This document shows, one piece after another, positions 1 through 11,777 of a stretch of 64,000 nucleotides of DNA (its first letter is position 1; every line of letters begins with the position of its first letter). The stretch covers positions 174,344,001-174,408,000 of the forward strand of contig NC_042999.1 of assembly GCF_006345805.1 (NCBI RefSeq), read 5' to 3'. The DNA comes from Octopus sinensis (taxonomy: Eukaryota). The translations under genes and the position numbers were made by a program. The notes under the pieces were generated by a model, which ran no database searches, was not told the origin of the DNA, and worked only from the letters and a program-made list of their open reading frames with translations.

Positions 1-229
1 GGAAATAAATATTCATTAACCTCAATAACTAGTATTTTCGATGTATATCTAACGTAATGTCACTTTACTTACGCTGCAGATATGTTGAGAGAGTCACGGT
101 TGTCCAAACATCTTAATTTTCTTCATTCTTCTATAATATAGTACCGAGCTAAAAGAACACATTTACTTTCATTTGCCCATTTAATTACCAAAACAGTTTC
201 GCTGTTATAATCTTTGTCATTCGGTTAAG

Positions 230-992
230 TTAGGGGTTCTCAGCAATTTTTTATCTTCAGACCCCTTTGGTTACTATTTTAGTCTGGTGGACCCGATAGC
301 CATTCGATGTTTAAAAGCTAGTTTTATAGAAACTTCTTTCAAAATTCCTATTTTGTTTTTCACACATTAACTTGTGTAGTTTGAACTATGAAAAATGTTA
401 GAGAAAATGTGGTAAGTAGCTTGCTTACGAACCACATGGTCCCGGGTTCAGTCCCACTGCGTGGCACCTTGGGCAAGTGTCTTCTACTATAGCCTCGGGC
501 CGACCAATGCCTTGTGAGTGGATTTGGTAGACGGAAACTGAAAGAAGCCCGTCGTATATATGTATATATGTATGTGTGTGTCTGTATATGTTTGTGTGCC
601 TGTGTTTGTCCCCCCAACATCGCTTGGCAACCAATGGTGGTGTGTTTACGTCCCCGTAACTTAGCGGTTCGGGAAAAGAGACCGATAGAATAAGTACTAG
701 GCTTACAAAGAATAAGTACTAGGCTTACAAAGAATAAGTCCTGGGATCGATTTGCTCGACTAAAGGCGGCGCTCCAGCATGGCCGCAGTCAAATGACTGA
801 AACAAGTAAAAGAGTAAAAGAGTAAAGAAATTTAGTTGTTTCTAGCAATGTATACAAATATCTAAAACAAAGTTTTTCAGAGGCGCTTAAAGTACTATTG
901 TGGATGTCCAGTTTACTATTTTGCTTACGTGGACCCCACAAAATCTTATATGGACCCTCAGGGGCCATACGGACTCCGGTTGACAACCAGTG
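230..992. mobile_element. hAT-type non-autonomous element (MITE), split by a SINE insertion
   Basis: Left end taggggttctcagc and right end ggttgacaaccagtg are degenerate inverted termini resembling the CAGTGGTTCTCAAC hAT/Charlie-type TIR. Subterminal ggaccc motifs occur at both ends. A SINE sits at 408-826. Confidence 0.5.
408..826 (+). mobile_element. tRNA-derived SINE (slightly 5'-truncated) with a CR1-like 3' tail
   Basis: B-box-like GGTTCAGTCCC, core ccttgggcaagtgtcttct, internal (TA/TG)n, 22-bp tandem duplication at 687-730, 3' stem-loop cagtc-aaat-gactg and an (AGAGTAAA)n tail. Confidence 0.85.
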
Positions 993-1044
993 TGTTAAAT
1001 TATTGATTTTACTGTATTTGTTACTACCAATATATAGTACTTTT

Positions 1045-1148
1045 TCTGCTGCTACAACTATTTCTACCACTACTACTGCTACTGCTACTACTACTACTGC
1101 CACTACAACTGCTGCTACTTCTATTATTATTGATACTATTACCACTCC
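1045..1148. repeat. Degenerate (ACT)n microsatellite
   Basis: Directly visible; it explains the poly-Thr and poly-Val ORFs. Confidence 0.9.
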
Positions 1149-2297
1149 CAATTCCCAATTCCAGTTTGTGTCAACCCTTTTTCCTATTGTTTCTATTTTG
1201 TGACCATGGACTTATAGATTTTCTTCTTTGAAGTCGTCAAGTCTTGATCCTGCTGTACTCTAAAACGCCAAAGCAAGCCCCCACTCAGAGAAATAAGGGA
1301 AAGTACATGGAGTTCAACATATAAATATGAAGATGAGTAAAAATATAAATATGAATGTTCACAAGAACATACCCATAGGTGAATATGCTTAAAAGAAAAG
1401 AGGAGAAAAGAAAAGAAGAAGAAAAATTGTACAGTCAGTTTGGCTTGAGGATGACGGTCGAAGGATGTACGCACAAACACAGTGCAACGTTACTTTACAA
1501 TGTATCTTGGTTACTGTTAACGAGGACATGTTAGTTCGTTTTAAAAATCAAATTAACTAACCAACTATCAGCACCAGGCGATGACAACCGGAATGACTGG
1601 CCTTTATTAATGAGAAAAAATTATATTTTAAACCCTGAGACCTATATACACTGGTCAACAGCCTCGTCTCAAACCTGTGGCAATGGAAGTGTGTCAGTGA
1701 GCAGATAGTGCAACGAAAATTTTGATACTTGGTTTTTTCAGCATATTTTTAAATAGAGCAATACTAGTGAAGCAGAAAAGTGTATTACAATATGGTTATG
1801 TGCTGCCATTTTATTTTTGTAGGAGGTGCATAATACGCAGTTTCAGTCCTGAGTGATTTTAAAACTTGATAGTAACATCGCTTGAGCAACGTTAATAATA
1901 TATTGTCTAATTGCACACTCTGAAGAGAATAAAGTCTAGGTGTTTTTGTTGTTGTTTTTTTGCTTTGTTTTTTAGATCATCGAGTTGTCATGTCTTTTCT
2001 TTTTCTTTGTCATTGTCCTGAAATATCTCAATTCTTACAATAATAGCAGGATGACGATTTCTGGGTCACTGGACCGAGAACTTCTGAATACCTAAGAGTA
2101 CATCCTACAAGCCATATCGACTTAAATCGTCAACAATTATTCCTAAATAGTATTAAATGCCATGAGTGATTCTCTCAAGAGAAAAATATGTCTATTAAAA
2201 CACTTCTTCCCACAATGAATAAGCTAAAATTCTCCCTTGTTTAGCAACTTCAGGTTTTTTCCCATTGAATTATTGTATGTAAAACAAATTGAAGTTT

Positions 2298-2554
2298 TAG
2301 TTCTATATTTAAGAGATGAGGAATTATGTACATTATTTACATTATTTACATTCGACGGATATTTGTCCTCATCTTGTTTGTTGTTAACACAGCGTTTCGG
2401 CTGATATACCCTCCAGCTTTCTTCAGGTGTCTTGGGTTCGAAATTTCCCCAAGACACCTGAAGAAGGCTGGTGTGTATATCAGCCAAAATGTTGTGTTAG
2501 CAACAAACAAGATGAAGACAAATATCCGTCGAATGTAAATAATGTAAATAATGT
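2298..2554. mobile_element. Penelope-like pLTR-derived foldback insert carrying minimal hammerhead motifs
   Basis: Inverted arms of ~110 bp (about 2326-2438 and 2448-2555). Flanked by the 12-bp direct repeat aaattgaagttt (2286-2297 and 2555-2566). Each arm has ACAC-CTGAAGA-stem II-(G)AAA-GTGT. Confidence 0.75.
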
Positions 2555-2566
2555 AAATTGAAGTTT

Positions 2567-4330
2567 CATTCGGTCACTTGTTGTGCTTATAACTTTCTGT
2601 GTTTTTGTTTTTGGTGTGTTTGATGACATTTTTATGTCATTTCTACCGATTCTAGTATTTGGATAGTTTTTCAATTGAATATTGTGGTCGACTCTTCGAA
2701 GATCATTTTAAAATTTATATATATATAATTGAATGTACACAGCATACAGTGTCTTCAAGCAATCTTCAGACTGTAGATTACTTGGAGACTTACAGCGCGC
2801 TATTAAAACTTGTCTAGACTACATTTCCAATGTATGAAACAATTAGTAGCTCGTGATTGTATACCGTGTACATTAAATAATATTTATCCTTCAGTGGATG
2901 GAGTACGCTTTTGTTAAGCTTACTTTAACGGAGGAGTAAACTCTGTGCGTGCGTGTACGTGTTTGTATAATAATCTTAATGTGGTGTAGAAGCCTTATTA
3001 AGCAATCTCAGCCACATGGAAATTTAGGTTAAACTTAATGATATTGTTACTTTCCAGAATATCAAATATTATTCATCTCAGCACCCACTTAAATAATTTA
3101 ATAAAATGAAAAGCGCAATCAGATGGTAGTTTACTGCGAATGATTTATTTCTCTTTTTAAAAATTATGATGACAGATTGGTATAGGAAATATTCGGATTT
3201 GTAACTTACGTCTAGCGATTTTCTTGAGACATTAAGGAAATGGGAAACAAATTCTGTCCGATTCCTTGGAGAGAATTTATCAGCACCAACAGCTGAGTAA
3301 TATTTAATTCAATTTATTGCTACTATGATATTGGGTGTCTCAAAAGTTATGTCAGGGATGGTATTTTAAGGTTATTTTCAGTGATACTGCCTAAGTGAAC
3401 GTCAGTGGAATTACTGAAGACAGGTCGTTATTGTTTCTGTAGAATTTTCGTAATTTTCTTGCACCATTGAGACATCAAAGCTGTTTTCATCAATCAGGTG
3501 GCCTATGCATGAAATATGTTTATTGGCAAAGGATTATAATACTTTGGGGCTGTATTTGATTTTTTCAATGGCCTAGTCTTTTTCTGTAGCTCTTTGATTG
3601 TTGATGATAGTTTTCATGAAGTTCTGGAGATATCCTTTTTTCAATTGAGCTTTATTAATTATGTCGATTGTGGGCTCTGCTGCTGGTTGTATTTTAGTTG
3701 ATTAATGTTTTTCTTTAATCTCTCAACTTTCCTAATGATTTTCCCAATAACCTCTTGATTTTCTTTGATTTTTTTTCTCAAAAACAATGAACTCTAAGGT
3801 GGTCTCTTTGCTCTTGAGGGTCTATTTCTATTTTTATAAAGATTTTTGTTGGAGCGTGGTTTGAACATATATTGATAACTATATCCTCAAATATCTGTCA
3901 GGTCGTTTTGATGTCAGAGGAAGTGTGTGTGAAGAAGCATTCAACAAGCGATAGGTCATGTTTAATTGTCCCCTTGTTCAAATCCATATTGTCAAATGTG
4001 TGTGCTGGGGTGAATGTTTTTGATTTAGTTTTGCAATGTTGAGAACTAAGATTACAGAAAACCAAGTGTCGTGATCAGGGAGAAAGGGTTTTTTCAACTG
4101 AGTTGCTATGTATAGTTCGAGAGCGGTTGGTTAAAATTAAGTCAAAAAAATTGTTATTGTGACGAGAAAAAAACGCCCATGAAATTATTCATGATGCATC
4201 TCTACTACTGCTTTATCAGGGATTGAGATGCAATTCCCAGGTTTTAAAGTATTTAAGGAAGTTTGAAGTTGTTTATCGTTAAAATGCTTCCAGATGTTTG
4301 CATAGAGGATTTGATATTTTAATTTAGATT
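2567..4330 (-). pseudogene. Highly degraded APE+RT LINE relic
   Basis: Manual minus-strand translation gives decayed motifs: SAVGADKFS (like KAPGPDG), NISYTN (like RPISL) and APE-like segments near 3900-4300. Many stops; low certainty. Confidence 0.35.
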
Positions 4331-4471
4331 TCAGTTTTATTTATGCTATATTCAAGTAATGGATTGTATATAGAACGCATCGCGTAAAAACACGTCACGT
4401 TAAGTGTGTCTGTAGACAAGCAGTCACAAACACACATACGCACAGACATATATATATATATGTATATTATA

Positions 4472-4534
4472 GAGAGAGAGAGAGAAAGAGAGACAGACAG
4501 ACAGACAGACAAACATACAGACAGACAGACAGAC

Positions 4535-4609
<75 letters not shown>

Positions 4610-4642
4610 CAGGCAGACAGACAGACAGACAGATAGAGAGAC
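4472..4642. repeat. Compound (AG)n/(GACA)n/(GATA)n microsatellite
   Basis: Directly visible. Confidence 0.95.
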
Positions 4643-4645
4643 ATA

Positions 4646-5010
4646 TCTATTATATAAAATATTTTCTGTCTGTCTCTGTGTGTGTCTTCTAGGATCTCGG
4701 ACATCCTCCATCCGATTGCGCTCAAATTTGATATGTAGATACCGACGGTATCAGGACGTGTATAAGTCTTGAAAAAATTACAAAAATCGATTCCAGGTGA
4801 GAATGCGATCGATAAAGCCGTGGGAACGTGCATTTGTAAAATCGTTTTTCTTGGAATAGAAAAAAGTCTATCTTTATTTCTTCTTTTGCCGGTGTCTCAA
4901 ATTTAGATTAAATCAGTGTTTCTCTATGGGACAGTCGGACAAGTTATTTTGAGAAAATTTGGTTTAAATGTTTGCCAACTCAGCACCGTCCATTGGACGG
5001 GGGGCGTTTT
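4646..5010 (+). mobile_element. Possible non-autonomous Helitron, 5' portion
   Basis: Begins TCTATTATATAAAA followed by ctgtctgt and ccgattgcgctcaaattt, typical of non-autonomous Helitron 5' regions. No clear 3' hairpin-CTAG found. Confidence 0.35.
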
Positions 5011-5029
5011 GCTCATATATATAAACTTA

Positions 5030-5262
5030 CTGTTAACAAAAATCGGGATGCGTGGCGTTCAGTTACTCAATAAATGAAAAATGCGTTAAATACTAAAACA
5101 TGTACAAATAGCACAGACACAGAAGGGCCCTAATTCTTCATCAGTTATCGACCGAAATTCTAAAACACTACGTCTGTCCTGTGTGTACGTTTTTTTAGTA
5201 TTTAATGCATTTTTTATTTATTGAGTAACTGAACGCCACGCATCCCGACTTTTGTTAGCAAT
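5030..5262. repeat. Inverted repeat with ~85-bp arms; a third related copy lies at ~5810-5890 (probable Penelope-like pLTR)
   Basis: aatcgggatgcgtggcgttcagttactcaataaat pairs with atttattgagtaactgaacgccacgcatcccgac. The spacer cttcatcagttatcgaccgaaat recurs inverted at ~5814-5835. Confidence 0.7.
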
Positions 5263-5407
5263 AATTTTTTATATATTTCTTGCGACTCTATCTTCTTTCT
5301 TTCTCTCTCGTCCTCATATTCCTTTTCTAGCATCCCAACTTCCTCTTTTCCTGTCTCTCGTCTTCTCACTCGTAACTGTAGACTTTCTCCCTTCCTTGTT
5401 GTCTCTG

Positions 5408-5447
<40 letters not shown>

Positions 5448-6971
5448 TCTCTCTTATCCTCCTTCCCTTCTATCTACTGCCCACACATGACCCGTGACTA
5501 ATTTTCTCATCTCCCTGCCTTTCGCCACCGGACGTCTAGCTTGCCGGTCAATGTTTATCTCCTCTCTTGGTATTTCTCTTTCTATATCCATTCAAAATTT
5601 CTTCCAGGCGTTACCCATCATTCTCGTGTTTGGCCGAAAGACCGTATTTATTCCATCTTCGTCAATCGTTTCAAATTACCTTTGTTTACTTTCGTAAGTC
5701 CACTCTGTATTGTTTTGTTTGCTCGAGCCCTAATTCTCCGCAAGTTTTGCAGGTGCCGCCGATATGCAAAGTACTCAGTCTTATCGTTAAAGGCATGAAA
5801 CGATGTATTAGTATTTCGGTCGATAACTGATAAAGAATTAGTGTCCATCTGTGTCTGTCCTGTGTGTACGTATTTAATGCATTTTGCATTTATATATATA
5901 TATATATCGAACCCACAAGAGTAAACAAGAGAGACAGATACAGGCAGAAACAAGGAAAATGCCACTTGTATTTGAACACTATACAAATATTCTTTTAAAA
6001 AATTTTTCTTTTAATTTTTCTATATTTAATTGTTTAATTGTTACAGTTGAAAAAGTCTCGATGATTGAAGCCGGTACTGAAATGATTTCTATAACATTAT
6101 TTTAGCATTTTCTATCTTGACTTTTTTCCATATATATATATATACAGTAAAGTAGTAAATATATATATAGTAAATATAGTAAATATATATATAGTAAATA
6201 TTATATATAGTAAATTAACAGTTGGTGATTCACGCACACATGAATTTCACTTGCGTGTAAATTACACGTATGATGAATCAGACGGTTGAACATACGCGCA
6301 ATTCACACGTATCTGAAACACTGACAAATAATAGAGTGAATCATCAACAGCTAACTTATAAATATAAACTCGACGCAGTATATTGACTGATCTTTTCAAT
6401 ATAAACAGTAGTGAGTGATCTTTTCTGTCGTTTTGTACATATAAATAAACATGTTTCAACTCTCGTTTCAACGATGGAGACCAGTCGTAACACCGAGTTC
6501 TTTTATATCGCGTATTACCATGATCACTTGATCTAAATTTCTCTCTTTCTCTCTCTTCCTCTCTCTTCTTTTTCTCTTTCTCTCTCTATCTATCTATCTA
6601 TGTATCTTTCCAAATATGTGTATGTATAATTGTATGCTCGTATATGTATGTATGCAGAACAGCTTTTCATTTAAACATCTATTAACTAAAACGACAACGT
6701 TGTAATTTCATCATTTTATTAGCTTTTTCTCGTATCTATATATCAGCCCCTGAATTTATTTTTACCATCGATCTCATCTTCCGGACACAGAATGGCTTTG
6801 GCTTCTGTGCTACTCTTTATATAGTAGGCGCCTTATATATACTTTCTCGCCATAACTTGACCGTTGGAGCGTTAGTGTTCCACGTCAACGGATTTGTAGT
6901 TGTGATGTGTATGTTTTACGTTAACTATAGGTTTGTGTTGCGTTGTTTCTATAGTTTTCATAATGAGTCTT

Positions 6972-7440
6972 CTAAAGGAAGTATTTTCTGATGGAAGTAT
7001 TTTCTGATGAAGTGTTTTCCGATGGAAGAGTTTTCCTATCTAGCTTTGTTTTATGGTGTTTAGTGTAATGGGTTGCAATTGTTTCTTGTTTTATATGGAT
7101 AGTAAATCGAAATTCATGGTGAGAGAATGTTGTATTTGTTTGGTCAATATAACAGTTGGAATTGTGGAGTTTGCAACTTTCACTTTTACAGACAAATTTA
7201 CAAATTATATTGATCATTCTAACCTTGTTCTCAAGTTTCCATGCCTTCTGTGTGTTGTTAATAAGGAGGTCTTTAATCATATTGCAATTTTATAATATAA
7301 TGTTAGTCAACTTGTGGTTTGATTTGACGCATTTTTTTCTTCCTTTGATAAGATATGTGTTAGTATGTTCGTTCAGACAGAACACTTTTTCATAAATTCA
7401 CAATGCAATCAAAACAAGAAGCAATTGTAATACGTTCCAC
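6972..7440 (-). pseudogene. Penelope-like element GIY-YIG endonuclease remnant
   Basis: ORF 6972-7280 NIICKFVCKSESC...CYIDQTNTTF...H...IATH matches the PLE pattern xIY-x-C-x-C...YIGQT...H. A C-terminal-like RILIMEAIVISQRKP occurs inverted on + at ~7510-7560. Confidence 0.55.
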
Positions 7441-8580
7441 CATAAAACAAAGTAAGTTAACAAAACATAAAGAGAAAATAGTTCCATACTTTATAGAATG
7501 CTTCACATAGATAGAATACTGATTATGGAAGCAATAGTAATATCGCAACGAAAACCTACACCTGGCTTACAACATACATTGTTGCGAATGCATTGGTGTA
7601 GACCTCGTAACCCATAAATTTGCAAAGTTCTGGTGAGAAAATATATATAAATATAAGGCGTCCATTTTAAAGAGAGTAGCACAGAAGCTAAAGCCGCTCC
7701 ATATCTGAAAGAGAACCTAGAAATGTTGATGGTAAAAATGAATTTAGGGACTTTATTATTCCAAACGAACGATAAGGTTCTGATATGCAGATATGAGAAA
7801 AAGTTAATAAAAAGGATAAACTTAGAACATAGTCGTGTTTTCAATGCTTACACGCACATACATACGTGTGTGCGTTAGTGTTTGTATATTTATGTGTGTG
7901 TGTATATATATGATCCTTTTTGTTATGATAAAGTATGTTGCATCAATGAAGTAATTGAAGAACGCTATTCTAAGGTTTCACCACAGAGAAAACATTTTAA
8001 CTGCAGTTATAACATTTTTATACGCATTTATTTCATGTATTTCATTTTCAACTTTAGGTTGAAACTTCCTGCGTTATCTTAGTTTTGCCAAATTTTTGTC
8101 ACATGTTCAAATATTTTCAACATAACGCTTCAATATTTTTGTCTTTATTTTGGTTTTACTTTTCTCATTAATCCTAGAGCACAAATATATTTAAATGTAG
8201 AATGATGTACTATTTACATAAATGCGTGTGTATATGTGTGTAAGAGTATGTGCGTGCGTGTGCATATATATATATATTATATATATTATATTATATATAT
8301 ATATATATATATTATTATATATATATATTATATATATATATATAATATATGTATATATATATTAATCAATTTAGGGTAGCAAAAAATTCAGTAAAAATTT
8401 ATCGCTACCAGCGGCCTAGTGGAAAAAGAAAAAATAGTCAAAGACTAATATGTATAATATAACAATTTAGGAATGGCCTAACAGGCCATTCGTCCACCAA
8501 AAGAGCAGCCAGAACTCCAACCGCCAAGTAGTGTAATTCGGAAATAAGGTGAAAATTTAAAAACATTTACCCTAATTCAT

Positions 8581-8678
8581 CTTTTATACGATGCATCGTT
8601 TCAGTGTCTTTAATGATAGACCAGCTAAATTAAATAAATTAAGCTAGTCAACCATAGGTCACACTTCATCAGTAAAAG
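8581..8678 (-). ncRNA. Type I hammerhead ribozyme, copy 1
   Basis: Minus strand reads CUUUUA-CUGAUGA-AGUGU[long hairpin]ACACU-GAAAC-GAUGCAUC-GUA^UAAAAG. All core nucleotides present; stem I CUUUUA/UAAAAG; GUA cleavage triplet. Confidence 0.88.
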
Positions 8679-9051
8679 AACCTGGGAGAGACGGATATAC
8701 ACGAGGCGACTGTATCAATGCCTCGGGAATATCTGTCTTAAAATTTTCAAGACCAACGCATTCGCGCCAAACTTATCGGCAGCAAATATAAACTGCCGAT
8801 TCAATCTCAGAATTAGTCAGAAAATTATCATTAATCAATTTAGGGTAGCAAAAAATTCAGTAAAAATTTATCGCTACCAGCGGCCTAGTGGAAAAGAGAA
8901 AATAGTCAAAGACTAAATATGTATAAATATAACAATTTAGGAATGGCCTAAACAGGCCATTCGTCACCAGAAAGAGCAGCCAGAACTCCAACCGCCAAGT
9001 AGTGTAATTCGGAAATAAGGTGAAAATTTAAAAACATTTACCCTAATTCAT

Positions 9052-9150
9052 CTTTTATACGATGCATCGTTTCAGTGTCTTTAATGATAGACCAGCTTAA
9101 TTAAATTAAATTAAGCTAGTCTACCATAGGTCACACTTCATCAGTAAAAG
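9052..9150 (-). ncRNA. Type I hammerhead ribozyme, copy 2
   Basis: Same core as copy 1. The 19-bp stem II extension deviates from perfect pairing only by two G-U wobbles on the minus strand. Confidence 0.9.
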
Positions 9151-9359
9151 AAACCTGGGAGAGACGGATATACGGATATAATTAATTTAATTAAGCTGGT
9201 CTATCATTAATGACACTGAAACGATGCATCGTATAAAAGATGAATTAGGGTAAATGTTTTAAATTTTCACCTTATTTCCGAATTACACTACTTGGCGGTT
9301 GGAGTTCTGGCTGCTCTTTCTGGTGGACGAATGGCCTGTTCAGGCCATTCCTAAATTGT

Positions 9360-9369
9360 TATATATATA

Positions 9370-9408
<39 letters not shown>

Positions 9409-9429
9409 TATATATATACATATATACAT

Positions 9430-9464
<35 letters not shown>

Positions 9465-9496
9465 GTATATATATATACATATACATATATACATAT

Positions 9497-9544
<48 letters not shown>

Positions 9545-9576
9545 ATACATAATATATATTATATATATATATATAT

Positions 9577-9647
<71 letters not shown>

Positions 9648-9650
9648 TAT
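9360..9650. repeat. Long degenerate (TA)n microsatellite
   Basis: Directly visible. Confidence 0.95.
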
Positions 9651-9986
9651 GCATGGCTCAGTGGTTAGAGCGTCGAGCTTACGATCGTGAGGTTGTGAGC
9701 TCGAATCCCGGACCGGGCTGCGTGTTGTGTTCTTGAGCAAGGCACTTATTTCACGTTGCTCCAGTTCACTCAGCTGTAGAAATGAGTTGCGACGTCACTG
9801 GTGCCAAGCTGTATCGACTTTTGTCTTTCCTTTGGATAACACTGGTGGCGTGGAGAGGGGAGGCTGGTATGCATGGGCGACTACTGGTCTTCCATAAACA
9901 ACCTCGCCCGGACTTGTGTCTAGGAGGGTAACTTTCTAGGTGCAATCCCATGGTCATTCATGACCGAAGGGGGTCTTTACCCTTTT
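9651..9986 (+). mobile_element. tRNA-derived CORE-type SINE, full length
   Basis: A box TGGCTCAGTGG, B box (G)CTCGAATCC, CORE-like cttgagcaaggcacttatttcac...cagctgtagaaatgag, 3' hairpin ggtcattcatgacc. Confidence 0.85.
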
Positions 9987-10129
9987 ATATATATATATAT
10001 ATATATATGCATGTGTTCGTGTGTATTTGTGTGCGCGTGTATGTGTGTACGTGTGTGTGGTTTCCCTTGCACGCCTGTTTCTCAATTACTTTGAGAATAA
10101 TATATATGCAACATGAAAGCTAAGATTAT

Positions 10130-10650
10130 AGGAAAAGAGTTTTAAAAAATGTCAAACATCGTGCTGCTCAAACTTCAGAACGCACAGAAATTTTTAAAAA
10201 GTCACAAAATAAAATACTTAAAGGCAACAAGGCGAGTGTTATTACATAAATGAACAAAACTAATTAAATAATTATTAAAATGGCTTAAATAGATGAAACA
10301 GAGAAAATTCTATTTTGATAGGTTTTACTAAAATATTTTCAATCATTGATAATTGAAGAGAAAGGCAAAATTTGATTCTTTGGAGAAGAGGCAATCCAAA
10401 TTCTCTCAGATTAGATGTGTGCGAGACCATTTCTTTTCTAAATTTTCCTGGAATTGTTAAGCAAGAAACAAGTAAAATAGACTTCTTATATAACAAGCAG
10501 AATAAGATTTTTCTAGATGAGAACTAATAATGAGTGATAAAAATATTCTCACCGGCATAGAAAAAAGAGGAGAGAAGAGGAACGAATGATAAAATTGTAT
10601 TACATTCAACAAGATAGAGAGAAAAACATCTTAAAATATTTCTTTCTTAT
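10130..10650 (+). pseudogene. Possible degraded Penelope RT N-terminal remnant
   Basis: KGNKASVIT*MNK at ~10220-10260 resembles the PLE pre-RT motif KADKGNxxVIM. Otherwise decayed. Confidence 0.3.
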
Positions 10651-11258
10651 AGTCAGGGTGTTTTGCATGAAAACAGCCATTGCAGTTCAAAAAATTTGTT
10701 GACGTAATTAATTCGGTCTTATAAAAATAATTTCAAATTTTAACCAAATTTTTAATTACTGGCATCCGTAAAATTGTTTTAAAACATTAAGTTTTTGAAG
10801 AAAAATTTAATCAGTAGGAACTAAAAACAACTAGATTTTCAGTGGGAGTCAACATTATTTTTGCATAATAAAAATGCTATCATAAAAATAACCCGAGAAA
10901 AAATTTGTTTTTTCTCATTAAATACTGAAAAATATCAAAATGTTTAACTTTTTTGTATGCTTTAAATCTGTATTTATAGTATCACACGGGTGTGATTGCA
11001 ATTAGGTAGGAAAAATGTACTCAATACAGTGAAGAAAAGTAAAGTATTTATTAAAAGCCGACTGTGAGCTCACTACACGTTTTACATTATCTATATATGG
11101 ATGGATGGATATATAGACACACACACAAACACAGACACAAGATAAACTTATCCAGTACTTCCAAGATCATCTATGGCTACTGAACTTTGAAAATTTAGTG
11201 TAGTGTATATATTCGATGATTTTAGGAGAGACGGTGTAATCGTATCTAATACGTGTGA

Positions 11259-11313
<55 letters not shown>

Positions 11314-11314
<1 letters not shown>

Positions 11315-11565
11315 GCTCGTGGCTTAGTGCTTAGGGTGTTAAACTCATGATCGTAATGTTGTGGTTTCGATTCCTGGACCGGGCGATGCGTGATGTTCTT
11401 GAGCAAAACATTTCATTTCACGTTGTTCCAGTCCACTCAGCTAGCAAAAATGAGTGAAGCTGCGATGGACTGACGTCCCATCCATCTGGGGAACACATAC
11501 GACATTGAAACCGGGAAACCGGGCCCGTAAATCTGGCTAAGCTTTAAAAGGGCGCATTTATTTTA
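11314..11565 (+). mobile_element. tRNA-derived CORE-type SINE with a different 3' module
   Basis: A box TGGCTTAGTGC, B box GTTTCGATTCC. Same core as the 9651 copy, then ctgcgatggactgacgtcccatcc instead. Confidence 0.8.
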
Positions 11566-11612
11566 TTATATATATACATATATATATTATATATATATAT
11601 ATATTATATATA

Positions 11613-11654
<42 letters not shown>

Positions 11655-11777
11655 TATATATATACGTCACGTTTTGTAGTATTTTGGCAATTTGTTTACT
11701 TTATTCATTAAGTTACAACTAAAGCAGCCTAGTATTCGAAGTAGAGACCATCATTTTTGCACCATCTGAAGCTAGCT

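Larger units (their letters stand above)
8361..9365 (-). mobile_element. Hammerhead-ribozyme repeat element (retrozyme / non-autonomous Penelope-like): ~340-bp repeat x2, 129-bp spacer, inverted partial copy
   Basis: 8361-8700 is nearly identical to 8830-9173. 9181-9365 is an inverted copy of part of the repeat. Both flanks are (TA)n. No meaningful ORF. Confidence 0.85.

Noticed and set aside
5795-5840. Permuted hammerhead (GAAAC...GTC...CTGATAA)
   Set aside because: Only 5 nt lie between GTC and the CTGA core, so stem I cannot form, and the core is mutated.
6977-7037. ~16-bp tandem repeat ggaagtattttctgat
   Set aside because: A local slippage duplication at the end of a Penelope remnant, with no sign of function.
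9651-9725. tRNA gene
   Set aside because: A and B boxes are present but there is no acceptor stem, and it continues into a SINE core, so it is a SINE head.
9299-9736. Long YI/IY-, VC-, LS- or ER-rich ORFs here and at 12054-12393, 40315-41011, 54244-54715, 60143-60640 and 63561-63989
   Set aside because: They are translations of stop-free microsatellites, not genes.
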